The position numbers were made by a program, and so were the translations under genes. 64,000 nucleotides of DNA from Harriotta raleighana (Eukaryota). Positions 25,690 through 36,579 of this stretch are shown here, piece after piece; the first letter of the stretch is position 1; each line of letters opens with the position of its first letter. Below the pieces are notes generated by a model. That model was not told the DNA's origin. It made no database searches and saw only the letters and a program-made list of their open reading frames with translations. Location: NCBI GenBank assembly GCA_050575255.1, contig JBNZDD010013730.1, positions 1,474,559 to 1,538,558 on the forward strand, given 5' to 3'.

Positions 25690-28499
25690 GGGTCTGAGCA
25701 ACAGGGCTTGGTATCGATCCGTTAAGATAAACTTCAGACGGACGAAAGATCCGTTTGATTTTTTGAAGGGTCAAAGTGAGAACTTTATGAAAAACCCTTC
25801 TGTGATTTTTTTGAACCCCCCCCACCACCCCCCACCCCACTCCACCCCTTTACCCCCCTGAATGGAAACAACTAAATATAAAAGCGGGTTAGGGAAGGTC
25901 AAACCCAAATAAGAGGCCAGATTTATTGAGAGTCTGATTGAAACAAGAAGAGAGGGGAAATGGTCTCAATTGGGTGTAGATTTACTCTGGAATCAGAGAG
26001 AAAGATCAAAGTGGAATCAGTTCTGACTGGACGAGGAGTTACTGTCCTAGAAGCCTTCCTTAATCTCTGCCTCGTACAGGGATAAAAACTTTCTTCCTGT
26101 TTTCAAACTCCCAATCCCTGTCTCTATTTAACAGCGCTTTGGGACGTCCTCCCGACATAAAACGCTCGACACAAATGTACTTGTTGGGGTTTATTTTTTT
26201 CCTTTGCTGCCCCTCTCGCTTTCATTCGGTTTCTCACAACCCAGTCTCATTAGTCTTACAGTACGTGCCTTGGGTCGTCCGCCCGACATGAAAAGCGATA
26301 TACAAATGTAATTGTGTTGTTGTTGTTGTTGTTGTTGTTGTTGTGCTTGTGTGCTGCAACCTTAAGAGGCCGCAAAACTGGCAAAAGACCCTGATGTGTT
26401 TTCTTTACAAACTTCTTTTCAAACTGGCTTGTAATCCCTCCGAAAAAAGATTAAACTGGTCACTTCAATCCACGGCTGTTCGTGGGACACAACTGGGCGC
26501 AATTGGCTGCCATGTTTCCCCCCTCCCACCCCCCCCCCACCCCCCCCAACCCCCTCAAATATGCAGTGAATTGAATTTACAGCCACGTCCTGTGAAGCGC
26601 TTGGAAACGTCTAGAAGACGTAATGAGGCTCTATATCAAATGCAAGGATTATCATCATTATTCTTATTATATTGTTATTGTCCAATCTACTAATAAAGAT
26701 GTGGGGTGGGGGGTGGGAGTGGGTGGGTGGGGGGCGTACATTGCATTGTCAGGAGTTGCTGGGCTCTTCGTGTCAGACAGTAAACCAAACCAAACTCCCT
26801 TCTGCCTGNNNNNNNNNNNNNNNNNNNNNNNNNNNNNNNNNNNNNNNNNNNNNNNNNNNNNNNNNNNNNNNNNNNNNNNNNNNNNNNNNNGGGGGGGGGG
26901 GGAATGCAGATCAATTGATAACCTTTGATATCTAAACCTTTTTCAAAAAAAACACACACTACCCAGGAAATAGAAAAGGCTTCATGGGTGGGGGAGGGTT
27001 GAGTTTTACCTTCACACACGCACACACACACACACACACACTGAAGAGCATTGAAGTGGGAGCTAAGAACAGGTAGAGCAGGATTCGAAAGAGAACTTAT
27101 GGAGCACAGGAATATTTTAAACAAAGAGGGAATGAAGGACAGGGAAAAGGAATATGTCAAGCCTAAGCCATGGTGACTTTCAGGTCATGTTCCCTGATGT
27201 TTGGCTTAGTGTTGGTTGGATGAAAACATGTTGAGCAGTTTAGAGAGCGTCGGGAAACGACTCAAACAGAAGGGAAACTGGTAGAAAGCAAAGCCTTCGC
27301 AATGCCACAAGCCTAAAACAACTCAAGAGACCGATCCTGATAAAAACCCTTCCACCTGATCACGATGAACAGTGGAATGGCTGCCAGCGTCTGGTCTGGG
27401 GGAAAGAAGAAATGCGAAGACCGACGCGAACGAATAAAAATCTGGGATTGGTTAAACATCGCGACTGAATATCCCGCCCACACTATAGGATGCCTCCTCA
27501 GGTTTGGTGTATGATTGTACCAAGTTGTAAAACCACTCGTTGTGGCGAGGGCCACACATTGTCTCTCCAGAAGAACCACGTTCACTGTTTATCCGAGCCG
27601 ACTTCTGGCTGTGATCCTGAAGAACTTTTGAAATCTAATCTGACCAGCGCTGAAATAACATCTAGGAAAACATTTGGCTGGAATCTGCAGCCCCACTGCC
27701 TTCAAACGATGAATTTTATTACCTCGTAACTACCAGAGAGGGTGCCTTTTATTTTCAAAAACGCAGACAGGAAAGGAAGTTGTTAGTTCTTTTGTCAGTC
27801 AAGTTTCTGAGGCCGCCCAGCCAGTGGCTTAGTTTACTATTAATATGTGTTCATACTCAAGATTATCGTAGCTCTGTTGGGTAACGCTTAACAGGCTGCT
27901 GGTATGCATTGATAAAACAATGACAACTTGCATTTATATAGTGTCCTTCACGCAGAGCACAGTCTCAGAGCACTTGAAGTTACAGTATGATGATATTAAC
28001 CTAGTCAAGTAACTTTCTGGTCACCAGCAATCAGGACTGTTCAGGCCACACCTAGAGTTATCTTTCTTCACAGATATCCCACAATTTTAATATAATATAA
28101 TATAATATAATATAATATAATAAACCTAATACCCTTACATCACCAGCAATATTTTCGATATCAGGACAAGTAGCAGAATTGTTACATAAGGAAAATAAAA
28201 ACAAACAATAACAAATCAACTATCAGTTATTGTCATCGCCACGATTGTTAAGACAGTATTATTAACAATGTAATATTACTGCTATTCCCCGCTGTGTTAC
28301 TGTTCAGGATTATGACAATCACGCTGTTGACATTTATGTTCATTTACTGAAAACATTAGTACGTATTGTGGGCAGATTGTTGGACTGAAATCCATGTCAA
28401 TAATCAACGACAATCATTTTTATTATACGTGGACACGTTGACAATGACTCGACTTGTAAAAAAATGCAGATGAACAGAAAAATTCCCTTCCGACGAAGC

Positions 28500-28601
28500 A
28501 TGCGATGGGCAGTGTGTCACAATGGTGGGACAGTGGTGGCATTTTGTGTGGGTTTCCTGATGACTGTTCTACACGCTGGGCCTTGTGAAGTAAGCAATGA
28601 G
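28500..28601 (+). CDS. C1orf210: LRR gene exon 1 (signal peptide and first LRRNT Cys)
   Basis: MRWAVCHNGGTVVAFCVGFLMTVLHAGPCEVSNE, GAG|gtgagt donor, phase 0. Confidence 0.7.
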
Positions 28602-28639
28602 GTGAGTCTCAGCTTATATTAACCAACATCGGGACGTTT

Positions 28640-28672
<33 letters not shown>

Positions 28673-31600
28673 GATCGATCAAGCTTATGTCACCCCCCAC
28701 CCCTCCCCCGAGGAACGAAGGTCAATGCAAAGGGGAAGCATGAAAGTAAATTGACTCTGTACAAACGAGCTGACACGACCAACTTACAAGTTGCATTGTG
28801 CGCCATTATACGTGTTTGCCTGCAAACGCAGTCACTGCACTTTAGAGTAAAAATCCTGTGAAGCGCTTTGAGATGACATGTTAACACGCGATATCNATTG
28901 ATTGATTGATTGATTGATTGATTGATCGATCAAGCTTATGTCCCCCCCCCCCCCCCCTCCCCCGAGGAACGAAGGTCAATGCAAAGGGGAAGCATGAAAG
29001 TAAATTGATTCTGTACAAACGAGCTGACACGACCAACTTACAAGTTGCATTGTGCGCCATTATACGTGTTTGCCTGCAAACGCAGTCACTGCACTTTAGA
29101 GTAAAAATCCTGTGAAGCGCTTTGAGATGACATGTTAACACGCGATATCAAATGCACAGTTGTAATCTGAAAACCTCTCAGGAAGGTCGCTGAAGTTTGA
29201 GATGGAACAAATCAGCCATTTGAGAACGGACAGATTGTCAGGCTTGGAAATGAACACAGATTATTTTGTTGTAATAATAATGATAATGATGACTATTTCT
29301 GTCTAAATGTCATTTTTCCTATGGCCAGTAGTGGTCAGATTAAAGTTTAATCTGCCACTGAAATTTGTAATTTACCTCTCCGACCTGCTGTCTTCCTATC
29401 AGTCCGCCCCNAGATTGTCAGGCTTGGAAATGAACACAGATTATTTTGTTGTAATAATAATAATAATGATTAATATTTCTGTCTAAACCTCATTTTTCCT
29501 ATGGCCAGTAGTGGTCAGATTAAAATTTAATCTGCCACTGAAATTTGTAATTTACCTCTCCGACCTGCTGTCTCCCTATCAGTCTGCCCACACCCTCCGT
29601 TCAGCAGACTCAGGCCTGCTCCGCGTCCACCGCCCTAACCCCCCAACCATCGGTGGTCGGGCTTTCAGCCTCTCTGCCCCCCCTCCCCCCACACTCACAC
29701 ACACACAGCCTCTCTGCCCCCACACTCTGGAACTCCATCCCGCAGTCCCTCCGCCTTGCTTCCTCCCTTTCCTCCTTCGAGGCCGGTCTCAAGACCTTCC
29801 TCTTCGACCGAGCCTTCGGCTCCCCCCCTGACTCTTCCCCCTCTCCCTACTCTCCTTCCNAACCCCCCAACCATCGGTGGCCGGGCTTTCAGCCTCTCTG
29901 CCCCCACACTCTGGAACTCCATCCCGCAGTCCCTCCGCCTTGCTTCCTCCCTTTCCTCCTTCGAGGCCGGTCTCAAGACCTTCCTCTTCGACCGAGCCTT
30001 CAGCTCCACCCCTGACTCTTCCCCACCTCTCCCCACTCTCCTTCTCCCTCCCCCTATTCCCCCACCCTCCCTCACCCCCGCTCGGGTCTCGCCCTGATTG
30101 TTCAGCGCCTTGGGACGTGCTCCCGACGTGAAAGGCGCTCTATCAATGTCATTTTGTTGTGGTGGTGGTTGTTGTGATCAGGACTCTGGATGTATTTCCC
30201 AGGGGACAGCAAACTGCAGTGGGAGAGAACTTCTTAACATCCCAAAAGATCTTCCCGACAGTTTGTCAAGCCTGGATTTGTCATACAATCGGGTGAACTT
30301 GTCTGATCCTGATAACCGCAGACAACTGCAGGCATTCAGACAGCTGACCTTCCTCAAGCTTTCAAACAATCGCATCCCATCCCTTGACCCTGGGATCTTC
30401 ACCGACTCGAAGACGCTAAAGCTGTTAGACCTGGGTCACAACGCCATGGCTTCACTCCACCCTGGTACCTTCCGAGGTCTTTCCAGTTTGCGCATCCTGA
30501 TTCTGAGAGACAACAGGATAGAGCGACTGACTCCTGAGCTACTGAGCGATATGTACGATCTGCGGTCGCTGGACCTCGCTAACAACAGACTGACCACGGT
30601 GACGACCGGCTTGCTGCGGAGATTCAGTGCGAGTGCACTGCGAGAGGTCCACCTTCAGGGTAACCCCTGGGTATGCGACTGCTCACTGTACCCACTGCAG
30701 CAATGGCTGCGGACTCTAAATGGTAAGTCACACATTTCCATTCGTGTCCTTCGGCCTGAGAGCTCGCAGACGCTCGCAGAGAGGACTGTAGACCTGACAT
30801 CGCAAACCCACGCCTATTCATCCGAAGCCAGTCCAAAAGCATGAGGGGTTTAGTAGATATCTGCGGCCTCCAAAACAGGGGACACTCCTGTAAGTCAGTG
30901 GTCAGTTAGAGCACTTGCCTTACAAGCCTGAGACCTGTGTTCGAATCCAGGCAGGTCAGGGCGAAACCTAGGGCAAGTTTCCTTACTACACACACACACA
31001 CACACACACACACACCAATTCACTTTACAATACAAAATATGAAGCACTTAGAGACGTCGATAAGATGTGAAAAGTACTATATCAAATGCAAGGCTTATAA
31101 TATTAATCTGAAGGTAGTCCAAAGCATTACAACAATCAGAGAATTAACAAAACACAAAATCCCAAATAGTCAGTAGTCATTTATAGACGAGTCTCGCCTC
31201 ACGACCCAGAAGTCACACTCAAAGCACAGTGCGGAATTGTCAAGCAAGAGACAACCTTGCTCAGAATTCCCTCTATACTCACTCTCAGCCGAATTTACAC
31301 CAAAGAATTATCTTGTCAGGTCCATCCAAGGATATCTGAGCTCGTGAGTGCAGCCATATACTATATACATACACTCGCAATCCTGTCCTGTCACAGCTGT
31401 GGCAGATGAAGAAACAAAACGACCAAGTATGTTTTTGTCAAAAGCATAAATAACCCTTAGAACTGAGACACTTGTTCATAATGCGAACTGAACGGAGAGT
31501 GGATATGCTTGTGTTTATCCCAATGATTTCTCCACATTTTGCCTCCTTTATCGTTTCATAAATACCCTGCCCTTTTACTTCCGCATTACTTTCTCATTGG

Positions 31601-33016
31601 CTGTTTGTTTGCAAGGCCGCCAGCTGTGTTACAAATTGACGTTCTTAACCAATGTTGTCTTTCAAAAGTAAATTAAAAAGGTATGCGTTCGAATTTTTTG
31701 AAGCTTTTTAATCCCCCCACACCCCCTCCCCCCCCCCCCCACCAAAAAAAAATAATATTCGAATCTTATTAATCTTATTGATTTATCTTATTGTTCGGTT
31801 GTCGGTAGCTAGAAGGTGGAAAGAAGTAAATAATTAAAACAGCATTGTGAAAGTGGCTTGTGTGCTTCTGTCAGACTCCACAGAAGATATAGAGTGTGGC
31901 CACTCTCCCCACCTCCAGGGTAGAAACATACAGACAGCGTTGTGTCCAGTCACTGGTGCGGGAATCAACAAGGGAAATCGACTTCCTCGGGCGCTAAACG
32001 AATCGCAAACTGCAACCCCAGAGACCTCCAATGCGAGTAAGTGTTGCTGAGAGTGAAACGGGATCAACAAAACCCGTCAATGATTCGCGGCCATTAACCG
32101 CCTCTGTTGATCATTTCAATAAATAATGCTTTTTTTTAAACAAAAAAATAAGGCTTTGCTTAATGATTAATCCCCTCCCACCCGTCCCCCCCACCCCCTC
32201 CCGGCTGGTAAAATTGAATAGTTAATCATTAATTGTTTTTAAAAACAGTGATTACGAACTGATTTTTAATAAATAAAATCAATTTTCCTTAGCGTTGTTT
32301 AATTTTGTTGTTGTTATAGTTGTTGTTGTTGTTGTTGTTGATATGACATTACAGTACTGGGACTTGGTGAGATTCAATATTTTTGTGGCTGAGGAGATAG
32401 CACACGTGCATTTGTCAGCCTGGGTACTGAATGATTTCACCCCCCCCCCNNNNNNNNNNNNNNNNNNNNNNNNNNNNNNNNNNNNNNNNNNNNNNNNNNN
32501 NNNNNNNNNNNNNNNNNNNNNNNNNNNNNNNNNNNNNNNACTAGTGTGCTATCGACAAGGGAACCTTTGACGTCGTCCCGAGTGTAAATTTTGTGTTGTG
32601 TTGCTTCGAGGTTGTTTTAACCACCGTCTTGTTGATTGCAAAACTTTCCAGCCTCGCCATCGCCGCCGCCGGCGAAAAGTGGGACGACTCTGCGAGTTCT
32701 GCTGGCGGTCCTCCTCACTGCCATTTTGCTCTCTGCGCTGATCGTAATCGCCGCCAAATGCAAACTCTTTCACAAGTACCTGGCCAGCTACAGCCACCAA
32801 CTGCTGCCAGAGCAAGACAACTGCTCGGCGATCGTAACCATCGCCAGCGGTGGAGAAACGCACGGAATTGGGGATCAGGTGATGTTTCCCTCTCCGGGCT
32901 TAGATGAGGATGATGGCTACATCGAGGACAATTACATTCAGACGGAGTTAAAAGAGGAGGATGACGACGACGGTGGCGAAGAGGACGACGTTGACGAGCT
33001 GCACATTTCCATCTAG
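28500..33016 (+). CDS. C1orf210: LRR type I membrane protein, C1orf210 (TEMP) orthologue / LRRC19-like, about 382 aa (394 aa from the in-frame ATG at 28464)
   Basis: Exons 28500-28601, 30203-30722, 31875-32036 and 32652-33016 join in frame: signal peptide, LRRNT, 5 LRRs, LRRCT (GNPWVCDC), TM helix, tail AAKC..SYSHQLL..DEDDGYIEDNYI typical of C1orf210/LRRC19. Position next to TIE1 matches human C1orf210. Confidence 0.85.
29540..30160 (+). mobile_element. L2-clade LINE 3' end (ORF2 C-terminus and tail), partly duplicated by the assembly
   Basis: Encodes YLSDLL..LRS..GGRAFSLSAPTLWNSIPQSLRLASSLSSFEAGLKTFLFDRAF; tail gcgccttgggacgt..gtgaaaggcgctctat..ttgttgt. Confidence 0.85.
30203..30722 (+). 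CDS. C1orf210: LRR gene exon 2 (LRR array)
   Basis: ttcccag acceptor; LxxLxLxxN repeats; G|gtaagt donor. Confidence 0.92.
31875..32036 (+). CDS. C1orf210: LRR gene exon 3 (LRRCT completion and stalk)
   Basis: DSTEDIECGHSPHLQGRNI...C; cag/gtaagt; phase 1-1. Confidence 0.82.
32652..33016 (+). CDS. C1orf210: LRR gene last exon (TM helix and acidic cytoplasmic tail)
   Basis: VLLAVLLTAILLSALIVIAAKC...DDGYIEDNYIQ...ELHISI*. Confidence 0.92.
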
Positions 33017-33733
33017 GCAGGAGAAAACGATACGAGGAAACAAACAGAACAAAACAAACGGATCCGCCTCTCCATCGCCCCCAGGAAAATAAGGGATTGA
33101 AACTCTGGCAAAAAATACTGTGTCCAGCTCTTCGGGATTTTTAAAAAAACTTTTATCATTTAAAAAAAAATCGTAGAATTGATTTCGAGAAATCTCAAGG
33201 TTTTATTTTTGTCTTGAAATGAGGACGATCTGTTCAGTTTTGTTTGGGAGGTCAAGGCTTCTTGTGTCTTGTGTAACTTGAAATCCGTTGAAACATTTTA
33301 TTTGCCCGTTGTATTTTCCCTCCTCAAAACCCCTTTGACGCGTCCCCTCCTCAAAGGCTGAGCCACCGCCGTACAGTCTGAAGCCTCGAGTGCGACACGC
33401 CTTACACGTCAGTACATCAGAATCTGCCTTCGCCACAAAGCTCGAAGGAAGGAATCGACTGGGAGAAAATTTTTGCTGGAGGGGGGGGGGGCCGCGAAAA
33501 AAAAAGCGAAGAACACGCTCTCGCTCAGTTCAACTTCAAGCCTCAAAATGGATGCCTTGGAAATTACGGAGTGGGGTCAATATTAGGATATCCTACTGCT
33601 GACTGTGGAAACCAGGCTTGCCAGATTGCGAGCCCACTTCACAGGCAATTTACAAAGTGTCAATGGCCCCAAACCTGAGGATTTATGAGGAAACACAGAA
33701 AGGGGGATGGGGGGGTGGGGGTGTGGGGGGGGN

Positions 33734-33764
<31 letters not shown>

Positions 33765-33997
33765 GGGAGGGTAGGCGCTAATCTGTCTGAAAAATAATCG
33801 TAGCTCGAGGAAGGAACTCAATGTGTGCGTACCAAACTGACCTTGCAGCACAGGGAGGGAAGGGCAAAGGGGAAAGAAGGAATCTTATATCAAAGTGATG
33901 TCGTAGAGGACATGAACTGTATCACAATGGCTGCTTTAAAATTAGTCCTTTATATCCCATGTAACTGCTGCACATACAATGTCACACATATATACAT

Positions 33998-34033
<36 letters not shown>

Positions 34034-35315
34034 TGATCTATGGTAGTGAGGAGCTGACAAATAATGTCACACCTATATAGTTATTGCTAAATAATGACAC
34101 CAAACGCTTGGGTTTAAAGGCCACTTAAATAAGAGTCCCAATAAGAGTTTTTTTGGCAATGAGAACATTATCAAGCCTGAATTGAGACTGCTGTAACAAA
34201 GAAACGTTGAGTGTGTCNATGGTAGTGAGGAGCTGACAAATAATGTCACACCTATATAGTTATTGCTAAATAATGACACCAAACGCTTGGGTTTAAAGGC
34301 CACTTAAATAAGAGTCCCAATAAGAGTTTTTTTGGCAATGAGAACATTATCAAGCCTGAATTGAGACTGCTGTAACAAAGAAACATTGAGTGTGTCTTAA
34401 AACATACTGTGCGAGACCAGACACACACACGTGTGTGTGTGTATGTGAGAGTGTATTCAAATTTGGTGCTTTCATCAGAAATCAAGATTTTTTAAAAAAA
34501 GAAACGATTACAGTGCTGAACACACGGGCTAGAGAATCATCATCTTCAATGTACTTTAAGAATTTTATCCGAATGATTTGTGTTTTTTTTTTGATTCCTG
34601 AAATTAAAGAATTTACTTTGTGGAAACGGTAGTAGGTTACGNNNNNNNNNNNNNNNNNNNNNNNNNNNNNNNNNNNNNNNNNNNNNNNNNNNNNNNNNNN
34701 NNNNNNNNNNNNNNNNNNNNNNNNNNNNNNNNNNNNNNNNNNNNNNNNNNNNNNNNNNNNNNNNNNNNNNNTGATNTGTGTGTGTGTGTGTGTGTGTGGG
34801 TGTGTGTGTGTGTGCGTGTGTGTGTGCGTGTGCGTGTGGCCTATATGATGTGATATAATCTCATGGGACTTTCCGAACTTCCTCTCCTGAAGGAGCTTTA
34901 CGTTGGACACGACGGCGAGTATTAAACTGTCTGCTGTGCTTAGCTGCTAAATACACAGTCACTAACTACGCTTCACCTCAAAATCCTATGAAACACTTAC
35001 ATAGTGCGCAGTTTGGGAATCCGCACGTTTGTGTATGTGTATGTACTCATGAGTGAATGCATAGTTCTGGGAACAAACATGGACTGGTACGAGGACTGCC
35101 CGGAAGTATAGATTACAGGCATGTTTGGACGGATAGATGCATGGATATGAGTGTTTGTTTTGGATGCAAGAGTGCGGATATCAATGTGTGTATAGGTGGA
35201 GTGTTATTTTGCGTGCGCATAACATGCAAATGAAGCATCTGCATTTGCATTCTCTGTTACCCAGTAGATTTCCACAACAAAATGACATTTATACAGAGGT
35301 TTTCATGCTGGGGNG

Positions 35316-35368
<53 letters not shown>

Positions 35369-36423
35369 GGCGGAGAGGGATTACGGGATGGAATTCCAAA
35401 CCAAAGTTTCTGCATTACATACAACATGGAATATCAGTGTTTGAATGCAAAAAGCACTTAACATAGTCATAATGATTATAATAATCCGTGCATTCGATAC
35501 AGCGCCTTTAAAAGGTCTGGTCTTGAGAAGTCTCAAAGTGCTTCACAGGATATATATATATACATACACTTTTAAAAGTGTAGTGACTGTAGTGACTGAT
35601 ATATTTAAAAAAAACTTTTTTGGGGGGTGCAAAACCAATATCCCCAGTGAAGGCAATCAATCAATTTGTTCTGGGTGGGGGTGTGGGGGTGGGGGGTGGG
35701 CAGACACAGCCCATACACACACCAAGTCTATTAAAACAACCAGTTGGAACACAGTACAAAATGTCAATGGGTTGTGACACCCAAACCTCTTCCACATCAG
35801 ATTGTACAAGACTATCCTGCAGTTCCAGCTCCCTGCTCTCTCTCTCTCTCTCTCTCTCACTGTCAAGCACAGTCTCCACATGAGTTAAATAAACCCTGTG
35901 TCGCAATGTTCGGCCTATTGTATCACAACAACTACCCTTCATGACAGGCTTACAATCCTGCCACTGTTTGCATGTGTTTGTGTATGGGTGTGGGGAATGG
36001 GGTGTGGGGGGGGAATTTCCCTTCTACAGAGAATGTGCAGGTAAAACTTTTAATAGGAATATGAAGCTCAGGTGAACACACACTATACACACATAGTCTG
36101 TGNGCAGGTAAAACTTTTAATAGGAATATGAAGCTCAGGTGAACACACACTATACACACATAGTCTACACTTTGGTATGACTAGGTAGGGATAATTCTAT
36201 CCATGTAGGGATAAGATGACACCTCCAACAGCTGACTAACTGACACACACACACACTCACTCACTCACACTCACACACCCTCTCTCAACCAACCTACTGG
36301 GTGTCATTGACTGTGTGTGGGGTGACGTGGGAACAGAGCATACGGAAAGGAAACCAAAGGGGAGGAAGAGAAGCTGGAGAGGTGATAGATAGAGATGGTG
36401 GAGACATATACAAATAATAGAGC

Positions 36424-36532
36424 AGTCAGTCAGTCAGTCAGTGCGTGAGTGAGTGAGTGAGTGAGTCAATCAGTGAGTGAGTGAGTGAGTCAATCAGTGA
36501 GTGAGTGAGTGAGTGAATCAATCAGTGAGTGA
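36424..36532 (+). repeat. (CAGT)n/(GAGT)n tetranucleotide repeat immediately 5' of the AP-1 mu ATG
   Basis: Directly visible; ends about 5 nt before the ATG at 36538. Confidence 0.9.
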
Positions 36533-36537
36533 GCATC

Positions 36538-36579
36538 ATGTCAGCTTCTGCAGTGTTTGTCCTGGATCTGAAAGGGAAG
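36538..36579 (+). CDS. ap1m3: AP-1 mu exon 1
   Basis: [17 protein letters not shown]|gtaaga. Confidence 0.93.

Noticed and set aside
30098-30202. N-terminal extension of the 248-aa LRR ORF
   Set aside because: It is L2 tail and intron sequence; the real exon starts at the acceptor at 30203 and ends at 30722
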